Positions 9,301-18,526 of a DNA stretch of 50,768 nucleotides are shown here, piece by piece (position 1 is the stretch's first letter; each line of letters starts with the position of its first letter). The stretch comes from Phycisphaerae bacterium SM23_30 (lineage in GTDB: Bacteria > Planctomycetota > Phycisphaerae > Sedimentisphaerales > SM23-30): positions 1 to 50,768 of the forward strand of contig LJUC01000001.1 of assembly GCA_001303695.1 (NCBI GenBank), read 5' to 3'. The notes beneath the pieces were generated by a model. It was not told where the DNA came from and made no database searches. It was given only the letters and a program-made list of their open reading frames with translations. The translations under genes and the position numbers were made by a program.

Positions 9301-11704
9301 TCATGGCGTCGTATTTATTTGCCGCCGTGTCAGCCACTACAAGACTATTAGGGGAGATGACATGCAGCTCAGAAGCCAATACGTTGGAATAAACGCCATC
9401 ACCCAGGGGAAATTCCGGGATCTCATCCTCAGGATCCACCACCGCTAAAAGATAATAGGCGCCCTCGATCTGATCGGGGATGTAGATCGCGGTCTCAAAA
9501 GCGTAGGTTTCACTCCGGAACAACGAAACGAGGTCGATAGCGGGTTCGAGCAAGATGTCTTCATTAGGGTGGAATAAGGTGTCCGAACTTAGGGCAAAGC
9601 GCAGTTGGGGAATCTCACTAATGTCTCCCTTACCGACATTGGCGACCTTACTCGATATTTCCAGCGGTTTGCCCGCCTGGATTTGGTTAGGAAACATTAG
9701 GTTTAGCGTTTTCACCTCGGTAACGGTAAAGTCTCCCGACATGCCCAGGCCTGAAAGCGCCACGTTGATTACTGTCGGTGCGGCGGCGCCGGTATCAAGC
9801 GACATGATCAGTTCATCCTGCCGCATATCCGCTTGCTGGGGAGTGAACCAGACGGGTATTTCCGCCTGTTTATTGGGATCAAGCATCAGGATATTGTCCG
9901 TTTCTCTGAGGGTGAAATTGAGGTTGAGCTGCTCATCAGGCGATAAAAGATAATTCAGGTAAAGATAATAAGCACCCTTGTTAAAGGAGGTGAATTCATA
10001 TTTTTCAATGGATTTTTCGGTAGAACTTTTCAAATTGATTTGCGAGCCGTGTTCGTTATATAAATGAGGAGTGACCAAATCCAAGGCGGATATTATGGCC
10101 CCCGCCGGGGTGATGAGGGAGTTTTGCAGTTCGAATTGCACCACATCGCCGTAGTCGGCGTCAAACCGGAGCCGCGTTAAGCCCCAGCCGGAAAGATCAG
10201 CGCCGCTGATCGTTTTGGTGTATCTGGCGCCACCGGGGGATAATTGAAGTTTCGGGGCGGGATTAGCGGTAGTGGTGACCAATACTTGATAGCCGACTTC
10301 GTCGGCCAGACTACTACCCAATATTTCCAGGTAATAACCGCCGGTATAAAAGGCAGGAAATTCCAGGGTGATCGCTGGCTCGAATTGATTTACGGTTACT
10401 CCTAAATCAATTTCGTCAAGGATCTGATCACCATGATACGAATAAACATTTACGAGGCCCAAGATGATATCTTCATCCGCATAGGCTTGTATCCTGGCGT
10501 TGATATAACTGCCCTCCAGCGCTTCTACGTAAAAGAGGTCCACGTCAGGAGCGGGGATGGTCAAATTTTGTCCGCGTATATTAAATTCTCCGATTTCTCC
10601 GGAAACGATGGTCCCGACGGCCGGTTCGCCGAGGGCAATTTCCACCGCCTCACTACGGCTGAAATCAAACGTCGGTCCCCACTTGGTATGGGCGCGCGGG
10701 GGCATTTCCAGGGTGTAGTCATGACCGGATATGTCAATATTTTTAATCTCAATGGGTTCATTTTTAAGGTTGGTTAAGTATATGCTTTCGGGTTCGGAGA
10801 CCTGTCCCACGCCGGTGTTGAAAAAGTCGATGCGGCGGTCACCGGGCGGATAACTAGAATCTTCCACAAAGTAAGTAACGTCAAAATATAATTCCGGCGA
10901 AGCCAGATAATTAACCTGGTCCAGAGCCTGATTTTCCCGGTATTCCGGTATTTGCCATAAGGGGTCCACGTTGGCGATGACATGATAAACGCCGCTGAGT
11001 TTGGGGACTTGATCCGGGGGTATAGTATAGTTTAATGTTTGACTTTCCCCTACGGCAAGGCTGGACAAATATATGGTAGGAATGTTAATGAGTTCGTTGA
11101 TTTTCAGTTTTGAAAAAAGCCCCACGGGATCATCGCTGATGAGCAAATCCAATCGCGCTTGCCAAGTGATGTTAGCCGTGCCGACATTTGCCACGGTCAC
11201 CGATATATCAATTGCTTCCCCCGGATCGATCTTCATCGGGTCGTCCGCGCTGGATATGACCAGATCACTGACCGTGAGATCGCCTAGTTTATCCGGATTA
11301 AAAGGTGTTTCACCTTCCACGCCTTCGCCACGCAGATTGATTTTATAGGTTTCCTGAAAAGACTGGGAGTCGAAGGCCACAGTGAGCTCCCCTACCACCT
11401 GTTCGATTTTCCAGGGGATGAAGCCCAGATCGATAAATTTCACTTTTGTAGGCTCGATGCCAATCGGTAAATTGTCGGGCGGTACAAATTTAAATGAAGT
11501 GCTGTTTACACTTATGGATTCAATAGTCACCGGCTCGGTAGTGCTGACGTTCTGGATTTTAAGTGAGCGGTTTAAAGAAATTTCCCCCAATATAGTTTCA
11601 GGGAAGTCTAAAAAATATCCGGCAGCTGTAGCGTCGGCGCCGAAATTATCGATAATGGTAACAGATAGCAGGCAACGCGGTTCCAAGATTTCCACATTTA
11701 GCAT
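6386..11704 (-). CDS. giant (1772 aa) adhesin-like exoprotein with N-terminal LEPRCLLS motif, many Ig-like modules and a conserved C-terminal module
   Basis: ATG backed by GAGG about 7 nt upstream. Starts MLNVEILEPRCLLS with no hydrophobic signal peptide. Repeated choice-of-anchor-D/ASH-like Ig modules (e.g. LDFGTLSPHQQARLPLTITNEGSADLVI, LPFGWHPVNQPAQATITLVNEGNYTLYI). CARDB-like modules (DLTVSDLVI...VTVANVGTANI). PPC-like module (DVDLFYVEALEGSYINARI). The last ~377 aa are homologous to the C-terminus of ORF 31922..36007. Confidence 0.85.
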   Translation of the reverse strand: MLNVEILEPRCLLSVTIIDNFGADATAAGYFLDFPETILGEISLNRSLKIQNVSTTEPVTIESISVNSTSFKFVPPDNLPIGIEPTKVKFIDLGFIPWKIEQVVGELTVAFDSQSFQETYKINLRGEGVEGETPFNPDKLGDLTVSDLVISSADDPMKIDPGEAIDISVTVANVGTANITWQARLDLLISDDPVGLFSKLKINELINIPTIYLSSLAVGESQTLNYTIPPDQVPKLSGVYHVIANVDPLWQIPEYRENQALDQVNYLASPELYFDVTYFVEDSSYPPGDRRIDFFNTGVGQVSEPESIYLTNLKNEPIEIKNIDISGHDYTLEMPPRAHTKWGPTFDFSRSEAVEIALGEPAVGTIVSGEIGEFNIRGQNLTIPAPDVDLFYVEALEGSYINARIQAYADEDIILGLVNVYSYHGDQILDEIDLGVTVNQFEPAITLEFPAFYTGGYYLEILGSSLADEVGYQVLVTTTANPAPKLQLSPGGARYTKTISGADLSGWGLTRLRFDADYGDVVQFELQNSLITPAGAIISALDLVTPHLYNEHGSQINLKSSTEKSIEKYEFTSFNKGAYYLYLNYLLSPDEQLNLNFTLRETDNILMLDPNKQAEIPVWFTPQQADMRQDELIMSLDTGAAAPTVINVALSGLGMSGDFTVTEVKTLNLMFPNQIQAGKPLEISSKVANVGKGDISEIPQLRFALSSDTLFHPNEDILLEPAIDLVSLFRSETYAFETAIYIPDQIEGAYYLLAVVDPEDEIPEFPLGDGVYSNVLASELHVISPNSLVVADTAANKYDAMINFGPTELGTYSIEVVSLHNRSYQPITVMNLDLISDHSFQPFGLEDPEQLPQQFVIAPRQVKNIPLVFAPSAFPPDGAAAAAGSLVFSTDENLTYTVTLTGTLKGPDLVILDDGSGKEIDMLDLDIAPVGVTGEGIIIVLVNMGNETLTVNALEFANGDNSAYSIWNMPETPFQLAPRSTSGDVMKLQVEFTPYAINKFVDTLIIRSDVPAGDHHVRLVGQGVAPKLAVYDNKGHASDDKFLPFGWHPVNQPAQATITLVNEGNYTLYIYDWHLANDNPLDFTIDQINQPDYKWDDIVLPPGFSHELTITFQAPGDGQFSDTLVIHSNDGDRALELSSLSGESTAPSLEFVYLGESVQKDAELSLGYVLLSQTSSHQFRIRNNGQVELKMQNNGVEIFGAGFWVAAPELENAPQGYLILQPGDDFLVNVRFDAQASLGQGIFRGSLKAYSSAPSLSEVILTANTVTPQIATLQTLDFGTLSPHQQARLPLTITNEGSADLVIRQWYTNDNQFQIQVPSANLANGKLIIEPNQTITADLFCRPEIFGTSHSTLTLLSNDLDDPVRNIDLSVYNPGEQIEVAPGNPRSFLDYHNQLVKVSITNGSAVFSLQNGALGGHFIDQLEFIESSQATKLDISVRGTETLIGAIISDNSLAVIKAPKVTVNESIDINGSLNRLLLGDIADDAVINVSLASAKPMIVKAAHIGDDVALNFAGNLRIFKADSFTGGSLAAAEINKLNITEGDLGAYVNAQQIRRVNVRRDIAGEIQADGDIGKVISKTGAISGEIVAQSGSIASVTAPLDISGGIFARDFIKSINAKNGALSAQVRGHTINSIKALNMNQAIISAWHLGKVYIDTDVVDSYLLAGFDIGMNGLQDPTDDYLYQGRLDSFRFGGELRNSFVGVGVMPDRIYESLALPRAAGSQISTGIGTIGHIRGNTVYTEPGLPEFGFYAAQSINTNLSPQQNFVIVENL

Positions 11705-12350
11705 GATTGTACCTCAGTATTACAAAACCGGCTAGTTATTCCTATTTTCTACCAAATCCTTTTGAATAACAATAAAATCATCTTTGGCAGGCTGCTTCCT
11801 AGTGCGCGGTTAGGCGTTCAACCACCCCGCTTTATAAATATAATAACACAGGGATATAATCTTTGTCAAGGATTTACTTATCTACTTTATTTATAAGGAG
11901 TTATAGGGCGTTAGGGCCGCGTAATATCTCCATTGCGCCCGGCAAAGATTCCAGGTGGGGTAAAACTTTGAGATATAAATATGAATCTGAGATCCTAAGT
12001 TACGACCTGAGCTGCAGGCGATTTGTATCAACGTATGTTGTTTAATATCAACATCTTATAACAAAATTGCCTGAAATCCTTGATATTGCCGGCACAAATC
12101 AAATTGGAGATATTATTCCCTTGGCAAATATTATAGTAAATCTTATTGATTTCAATAACTTCTTTGGTTAGAATAATTTATAGTATGAAGGCGGCTGGAA
12201 AATGTCACCTGCTTTCTTATCGTATAAAGTATATATATGCAGAATTTAATCAGGTTCTGATTTAAATCTATGGTTCTGCTCATTTGCCGGAAGATCCTTA
12301 GGATTGATCTATATTAATTAGTATCATATTTGCGTTCAGGAGGCTCTAAG

Positions 12351-15300
12351 TTGAAGTCGCGGAATGCCCTGAGAATAATTCTAGCCCTGTGGGCAATCCA
12401 AGGGGTTTTCGGACTTTCATTGGAGCCGAAAGTTCAGGCGGAACAGATCGTACGTTTTTTAATGGACACCGATCCGGGCTGGAGCGTGGAGGGAGAATGG
12501 GCCTTTGGGATTCCGCAGGGCGGCGGCAACACACGGGGCGTGGATCCAACTTCAGGTTTTACCGGCGATAACGTTTACGGATATAATCTGGCGGGGGATT
12601 ATACAGACAATATGCCGGAGTACCACCTGACCACCACGGCGATGGACTGCACCCGGTATGAAAACGTAAGACTGAATTTTCGGCGTTGGCTGGGGGTGGA
12701 AGCTTCCGGCAATGACCACGCCAAGATTGAAGTGAGCAATGATGGAAGCACCTGGACCTTAGTATGGGAACATACCGGCGTCAATCTCATGGACAGCACT
12801 TGGATTGAGTGCGAATACGACATTTCCGCCGTAGCGGACAGGGAAGATACAGTCTATATTCGTTGGATCATGGGACCCACGGACAAATCCGTGACGTATC
12901 CGGGATGGAATATTGATGACGTTTATTTATTGGGTGATCCGCTGGACAATTTTTCGATTAGCCCGCTGGAGGAATTGAACGCCTCCGGATATGAAGGCGG
13001 ACCTTTCACGCCTTCAGATAAAACCTATACCCTGTACAATAGCGGATTAGCGCCGCTAAGCTGGAACGCCTCCGTCACCCGGAGTTGGCTCAGCGTACAA
13101 CCGGACAAGAGCACGCTGGACGGAGGGGAATCGATACCGATGCAAGTGTACTTTACTCTCGATGCTGATTCTTTGCCGCCGGGCTCATATAGCGATACGG
13201 TAACCTTCACGAATATCACCAGCGGTTTTATCCAAACCCGAGCAGTGACACTAACGGTGAGTACCATTCCCGCGGAGATCGAAGTAACTGATTCGATCTT
13301 TCCGTCCACAGATCTGAGATTACCTTTCGGTGATGTTTTTATCGAGATGGAGCCGCAGGCACAGATTACCATTACTAACGCCGACCCGGATTTCGATCTT
13401 ATTATCGATGAACTTTCTCTCAGTACAGGTAACAACGGATTTCGTCTGGAGAGTGTACCGATGCTGCCGGTAGTGATATCGCCGTTAAACAATATTATTA
13501 TTGATGTAGTTTTTACCCCCACGACGGTCAGGGATTATCAAGATTCGGTGATAATTCAAAGTAATGACGAAGATGAAACACAGGTGGAGGTGAGGTTAAG
13601 CGGCACGGGCAAAATCGACACTTTGCATATTACTCCGACGGAGGATTTCGAGTTTTCGGGTCATCCTGGAGGCCCCTTTGTTCCTTCCAACACTTTTTAT
13701 CATCTGACCAACAACGGCTCGGGGGACATTGACTGGACGGTCCAAGGTCCGTCCTGGCTGGACGTTTCCCTGTTCAGCGGATCTCTTGTACCTGGTGAGT
13801 CGGTATCCGTAAAGTTTTGGCCAAACGCTCTGGCCCCAAACCTGCCCGAGGGCTATTATCTTGGCACGTTGCTTTTTACCAATCTGACCTCTACCGCCGA
13901 ACATAAACGCATGGCGAACTTAAATGTGTACACCGAGCCGAAAATATGGTTCAATCCGTTTTTGTTTGATTTAACCATACCCCAGGGTGACAGTCAAACT
14001 GAAATACTCTCTATCGGCAACAGCGGCGATGCCGTTTTGAAATTTACCTTGTTGAGTAAACACACCGATTTTACTCCCTTGATGGGACAAGAAACAGAGG
14101 GTGAATCAATCGGAATCGCCAGCGGCGATCAAGATAGTAATCTACAAATGGATAATTTTCCCCTCGGAGACGAAACAACTTATGTTCCGGGGGAACTACT
14201 GGTTTGTTTTGCACCGCAAGCAAATGGTGTCCAAACCGATACGGTTCAACGTAATGCCGTCCTGGCAAAACTGGGCCGGGCCACTATTGCACGAGAGTAC
14301 CAAATTGTCCCCGGTTTATGTCTGGTTAAATTGCCTGCCGAAATGAATGTTAGCCAAGCACTGGCTTGGTTCAACCAAGCAGAAGGGATTTTATGTGCGG
14401 TGCCCAATTACAAAGTAAAGGGGACAACAACGATCCCGGATGATACGAGATTTGATGAACTTTGGGGTTTTCATAATAGGGGGCAAAGCGGGGGGACCAT
14501 AGATGCCGATATTGACGCCATAGAAGCTTGGGACATATCAACAGGCAGCGACGAAATCATCGTAGCCGTTATCGATACGGGGGTGGACTACAACCATCCT
14601 GATTTAGCGGTTAATATGTGGGTCAACGAAGCGGAGTATGACGGGACGATTGGCTTTGACGACGACGGCAATGGTTTTGTCGATGATATTTACGGGTACG
14701 ATTTTCTCAACGAAGACGGCGACCCCATGGATGATCATTATCACGGCACCCACGTGGCGGGGGTGATCGGGGCGGTGGGAAACAACAGCGAAGGGGTGGC
14801 GGGAGTATGCTGGAACGTTCGCCTTATGGCGCTCAAGTTTCTTGACAAAAGCGCCAACGGTTCGGATGCTGATGCGATTGCATGTATCGATTACAGCATT
14901 TTAATGGGCGCGAAAGTGTTGAACAATTCCTGGGGCCGAACAGGTTTTTCCTCCCCGCTGCTAAAGGCGGCGATAGAAAGAGCAAGGGAGGCGGGGGTTT
15001 TATTCGTAGCGTCTGCCGGCAATAACGGCGACAATAATGAAATTTGGCCCAATTACCCGTCGAGTTATAATACCGAAAACATCATTGCCGTGATGGCGAC
15101 CGACCGGAACGACGAAAGATCCATATGGTATGGGGACACTTCCTCAAATTATGGCGCCACCACGGTTGATCTCAGTGCCCCGGGTTCTGAGATCTTAAGT
15201 TGTCAGTCGGGTGGGGGATATCAATCCCATAGCGGCACCTCGGCAGCCGCTCCTCATGTCAGCGGTGCGGCAGCCTTGATATGGTCTGTGAGTCCTTCCT

Positions 15301-16394
15301 TGTCCTATTCGGCCGTCAAAAGCATCATCATGCAAACAGTGGATTCCCTGGAGACTCTGGACGGCCTCTGCGTCAGCGGCGGTCGCCTTAACGTGTACCA
15401 TGCCATGCTGGAGACCGGAGCGGCATGGATGGATAATGAACCTCAAAGCGGCAGCATCTTTCCCCAAGAGGCCGATGATATTAAAATAACTTTCCACGCC
15501 GACCGGCCGCCGGGTGTATATCAAGGCCGGATCAATATATATTCCAACGATCCTTTCAGCCCCTTTATAACTATTCCGACCACTATGACGGTGGAATTAG
15601 TTGATTATCTTACGGAAATATTTGACGTGGCAGACAATGATCTTTCCCATCAGATATTGACTTTAGTTCCGGACGATTCCTTTAACTATTATAAAGTCTG
15701 CCGGAATTACGCGGTAGGTTTTCCGGTTGATCCGACGGGGGGAACCGTTCTTTCTCTGGAAGACGATGATTATAAGGAAATACATATTACGGGCGAGACG
15801 ATTAATTTTTACGGCACTAACTATGACACATTTTATGTCGGCAGTAACGGTTATGTCTCTTTTGTCTCCGGTGATACCTTTTATGTTGAAAGCCTGACGG
15901 AGCATTTTAAATACCCCCGCATATCGGCGTTGTTTGACGATTTGGATCCTTCGCCCGCCGGCGGCGGCACCGTATCCTGGCAACAGCTTGATGATCGGGT
16001 AGTGGTAACCTATGAGAAGGTGCCGGAATTTCACGAAACGGGCACCAATAGTTTTCAGATAGAGATATTTTTTAACGGTAAAATCAGGATTACCTGGTTG
16101 GACATAAACGCCGAGGACGGATTGGCGGGCCTTTCGAAAGGCGAAGGACTCTCCGCCTTCTTCCAGGAAAGTGATTTGTCGGAGATAATACTCTGTTTCG
16201 CTTTAGGGGATCTCAACGCCGATGGTAAGGTAGATCTGTTAGATTACGCCGTATTAGCTTCCCACTGGAGTCTGACAGATTGTCGGATTCAAACCGATTG
16301 GTGCCAAGGCAGTGATTTTGACCAAGACGGCGAGGTAGGCTTGCTCGACTTATATCTTTTTGTGGAGCGTTGGCCATTCAAATATATTCGTTGA
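12351..16394 (+). CDS. multidomain secreted subtilisin-like serine protease (S8) with C-terminal dockerin-like module
   Basis: ORF 12330..16394. Preferred TTG start at 12351, 7 nt after AGGAGG (12338-12343). Signal peptide LKSRNALRIILALWAIQGVFG. Catalytic triad motifs VAVIDTGVD, HGTHVAGVIGA and SGTSAAAPHVSGAAAL. I9-like prodomain at about residues 618-700. Ig-like modules and a NIDO-like region. Dockerin-like tail GDLNADGKVDLLDY...DFDQDGEVGLLDLY. Confidence 0.9.
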   Translation: MKSRNALRIILALWAIQGVFGLSLEPKVQAEQIVRFLMDTDPGWSVEGEWAFGIPQGGGNTRGVDPTSGFTGDNVYGYNLAGDYTDNMPEYHLTTTAMDCTRYENVRLNFRRWLGVEASGNDHAKIEVSNDGSTWTLVWEHTGVNLMDSTWIECEYDISAVADREDTVYIRWIMGPTDKSVTYPGWNIDDVYLLGDPLDNFSISPLEELNASGYEGGPFTPSDKTYTLYNSGLAPLSWNASVTRSWLSVQPDKSTLDGGESIPMQVYFTLDADSLPPGSYSDTVTFTNITSGFIQTRAVTLTVSTIPAEIEVTDSIFPSTDLRLPFGDVFIEMEPQAQITITNADPDFDLIIDELSLSTGNNGFRLESVPMLPVVISPLNNIIIDVVFTPTTVRDYQDSVIIQSNDEDETQVEVRLSGTGKIDTLHITPTEDFEFSGHPGGPFVPSNTFYHLTNNGSGDIDWTVQGPSWLDVSLFSGSLVPGESVSVKFWPNALAPNLPEGYYLGTLLFTNLTSTAEHKRMANLNVYTEPKIWFNPFLFDLTIPQGDSQTEILSIGNSGDAVLKFTLLSKHTDFTPLMGQETEGESIGIASGDQDSNLQMDNFPLGDETTYVPGELLVCFAPQANGVQTDTVQRNAVLAKLGRATIAREYQIVPGLCLVKLPAEMNVSQALAWFNQAEGILCAVPNYKVKGTTTIPDDTRFDELWGFHNRGQSGGTIDADIDAIEAWDISTGSDEIIVAVIDTGVDYNHPDLAVNMWVNEAEYDGTIGFDDDGNGFVDDIYGYDFLNEDGDPMDDHYHGTHVAGVIGAVGNNSEGVAGVCWNVRLMALKFLDKSANGSDADAIACIDYSILMGAKVLNNSWGRTGFSSPLLKAAIERAREAGVLFVASAGNNGDNNEIWPNYPSSYNTENIIAVMATDRNDERSIWYGDTSSNYGATTVDLSAPGSEILSCQSGGGYQSHSGTSAAAPHVSGAAALIWSVSPSLSYSAVKSIIMQTVDSLETLDGLCVSGGRLNVYHAMLETGAAWMDNEPQSGSIFPQEADDIKITFHADRPPGVYQGRINIYSNDPFSPFITIPTTMTVELVDYLTEIFDVADNDLSHQILTLVPDDSFNYYKVCRNYAVGFPVDPTGGTVLSLEDDDYKEIHITGETINFYGTNYDTFYVGSNGYVSFVSGDTFYVESLTEHFKYPRISALFDDLDPSPAGGGTVSWQQLDDRVVVTYEKVPEFHETGTNSFQIEIFFNGKIRITWLDINAEDGLAGLSKGEGLSAFFQESDLSEIILCFALGDLNADGKVDLLDYAVLASHWSLTDCRIQTDWCQGSDFDQDGEVGLLDLYLFVERWPFKYIR

Positions 16395-16486
16395 CTCATT
16401 TATAATATGATGAGGTTGGAGCTATCAAAATAGTGCCGTCAGAGAGATTTTAAGCTCGGCACATCCAATCCTTTTGTCAATAAACT

Positions 16487-17833
16487 TCAGAAAGCTTTCG
16501 CATCTGTGGGGATATTTTGTTGCATCATTTCTAAAAAGCTTGCTACCAACTCGGGGTCCATGGTGGTGCCTGCTTCGGCGCGCATAATCTCCATGGCCTC
16601 GGCGGTTGTCATAGCGGCCCGGTAAGAACGGGTCGAAGTGAGGGCGTCCCACACGTCGGCGATCTGCAAGATGCGTGCGTGCAAGGGAATTTGCGAGCCT
16701 TTTAATCCGTCGGGGTAGCCGGAGCCGTCGAAATGTTCATGATGATGTTTTACGGCCGGCAGAATATCCTGTAAGGCCAGGACCGGTTTCAGCACTTGAT
16801 AGCTTTTTACGGGATGGGATTTAATATGAGCAAATTCTTCTTCCGTCAATTTACCTGTTTTGGAGAGAACCTCGTCTTTAATCCCGATTTTACCAATATC
16901 GTGGAGAAGGCCCGCCCATTGTAAGATTTTTACTTGCTGAGGGTCATACCCAAGACGCAACCACAACCGGCAGGCCATTTCGGCTACCCGCGTGGAGTGG
17001 CCGCTGGTGTAAGGGTCTTTGGCTTCGGTGGCTCTGACCAGAGAAGCGATAGTTTGGATGGAAGCTTCCTGCAGCTTTTGGGCGAAAATGACGTTGCCTA
17101 TTACCGCGGAACCCATCTGGGCCAGGGAAGCCCCTAAATTCATATCTGCCGCTGCAAAAAAGGCCTGATCTTCGGAGCGGACGAATAATAAAGTTCCGAA
17201 ATCTTCGTTCCCGCTCTCTCCGCCTACCAAACGTAAAGCCAATACATCACCTTTGCCGTCACTGTCGTGATGAGAAACGTTTCGGTTGCCGATCATACTG
17301 ACTAAACGGTCGGTTTTGGCTTCAACCAATGTCTGTAAGGCTGTTTCGTGTTGACGGAGAAAATCCCGGGCGGTGATAATTTTGTCACCTTGGGCCGGAC
17401 TATAAACCACATTTTTGTCGAGATCAACCTGATCGGGGGGCAGGGAGAATTTAGGGGCCAAGGGACCCAGATAAATATCAAATCGGCTGTCCACCGCCCG
17501 GCTGATCCCCCGAACCAACGCCAGCAGCGCCTGCTGCACCGTCTTGGCGCCGGTTACTTTGGCCGGGACGGAAAAAGCGATGTTCAATTGTTCATAGCAC
17601 CTTAACAATTCTTCGGTCAACTGCCTGTTGGATAAATCAACTTGTTCGAACAAATCGATAATTTGAGCCGCCTGTCGCGCCAATGACCGAGGTAATTGGG
17701 CTATTACATCATCCTGAGCGGTTAACGAACGTTGATTGGCTGGTGCCGACAGCGGAAGATTTTGCTCCGGCTGTTTTATTCCATCGGCCAGCCCCAGCAG
17801 GCATCTCATAAGTTTTTCTTTGGCTTGGCTCAT
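16487..17833 (-). CDS. HD-GYP domain protein (predicted c-di-GMP phosphodiesterase) with N-terminal sensory (GAF-like) region
   Basis: HDIGKIGI and HHEHFDGSGYPDGL motifs. Its start overlaps the stop of the upstream receiver gene by 1 nt (TGATG). Confidence 0.85.
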   Translation of the reverse strand: MSQAKEKLMRCLLGLADGIKQPEQNLPLSAPANQRSLTAQDDVIAQLPRSLARQAAQIIDLFEQVDLSNRQLTEELLRCYEQLNIAFSVPAKVTGAKTVQQALLALVRGISRAVDSRFDIYLGPLAPKFSLPPDQVDLDKNVVYSPAQGDKIITARDFLRQHETALQTLVEAKTDRLVSMIGNRNVSHHDSDGKGDVLALRLVGGESGNEDFGTLLFVRSEDQAFFAAADMNLGASLAQMGSAVIGNVIFAQKLQEASIQTIASLVRATEAKDPYTSGHSTRVAEMACRLWLRLGYDPQQVKILQWAGLLHDIGKIGIKDEVLSKTGKLTEEEFAHIKSHPVKSYQVLKPVLALQDILPAVKHHHEHFDGSGYPDGLKGSQIPLHARILQIADVWDALTSTRSYRAAMTTAEAMEIMRAEAGTTMDPELVASFLEMMQQNIPTDAKAF

Positions 17834-18204
17834 CAGGAAGCTGACTGCGTGACGCTTAGTTTCTCAATTGCTTCCGACAAAAGCGCCGGACTGAACGGTT
17901 TGCTGAAGAAGTGCACTCTGGAAGAGGTGAATTGCTTTTTCAAGTCGGCGTCGTCGCAGCGGGAGGTCAGAATAATGATCAGTTCCGGCGGGCAGGGCAG
18001 TTTAAGAACCGCATTAACCAGATCAACGCCGTTCATTAAAGGCATGTTGACGTCGGTTATCAGAACGTCAAATTTATGTTCTTTTATGCGGGCCAGTGCT
18101 TGTTCTCCATTTTGAGTGCTCTGGACGTGATGACCTTTTTGCTCGAACCACATCCTAATGACAAGACAAATATTGGAGTCGTCGTCTGCTAGCAGTATAT
18201 TCAT
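17833..18204 (-). CDS. single-domain response regulator (CheY-like receiver)
   Basis: MNILLADDDSN...FDVLITDVNMPLMNGVDL carries the receiver acidic pocket and phospho-acceptor Asp context. 123 aa, translationally coupled to the HD-GYP gene. Confidence 0.85.
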   Translation of the reverse strand: MNILLADDDSNICLVIRMWFEQKGHHVQSTQNGEQALARIKEHKFDVLITDVNMPLMNGVDLVNAVLKLPCPPELIIILTSRCDDADLKKQFTSSRVHFFSKPFSPALLSEAIEKLSVTQSAS

Positions 18205-18526
18205 AATATTCAGGTCCTATATATATTTTGGTCCGCGTTCCGACACGACGATTTCACTCGGACTACAAACCGAATCGACTATCTGTCGGCGTCCCTTAAG
18301 TAAGATATTGGGGTGACAGTGTGGTTTTAGGTTGGCGCTGGGCCCTTCTGGGAAAATAAAGTATGAAAAAATCGCTCCTCTCGGCCCAATCGCCATCTTG
18401 ATTAGGTCGATAGGCAATATGAGTATCTATATCAAGGGCAAGGAAGGAGAAATAACTCTGATAGTTGGCGTATAGCAACTGCCGCTAAATAATGCGGCAG
18501 GAACCGGATGCCTATCACCCGGTTTG

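Noticed and set aside
13025-13522. 165-aa minus-strand ORF, plus 15663..16034 and 15195..15524
   Set aside because: All are antisense to the S8 protease gene and have no independent support.
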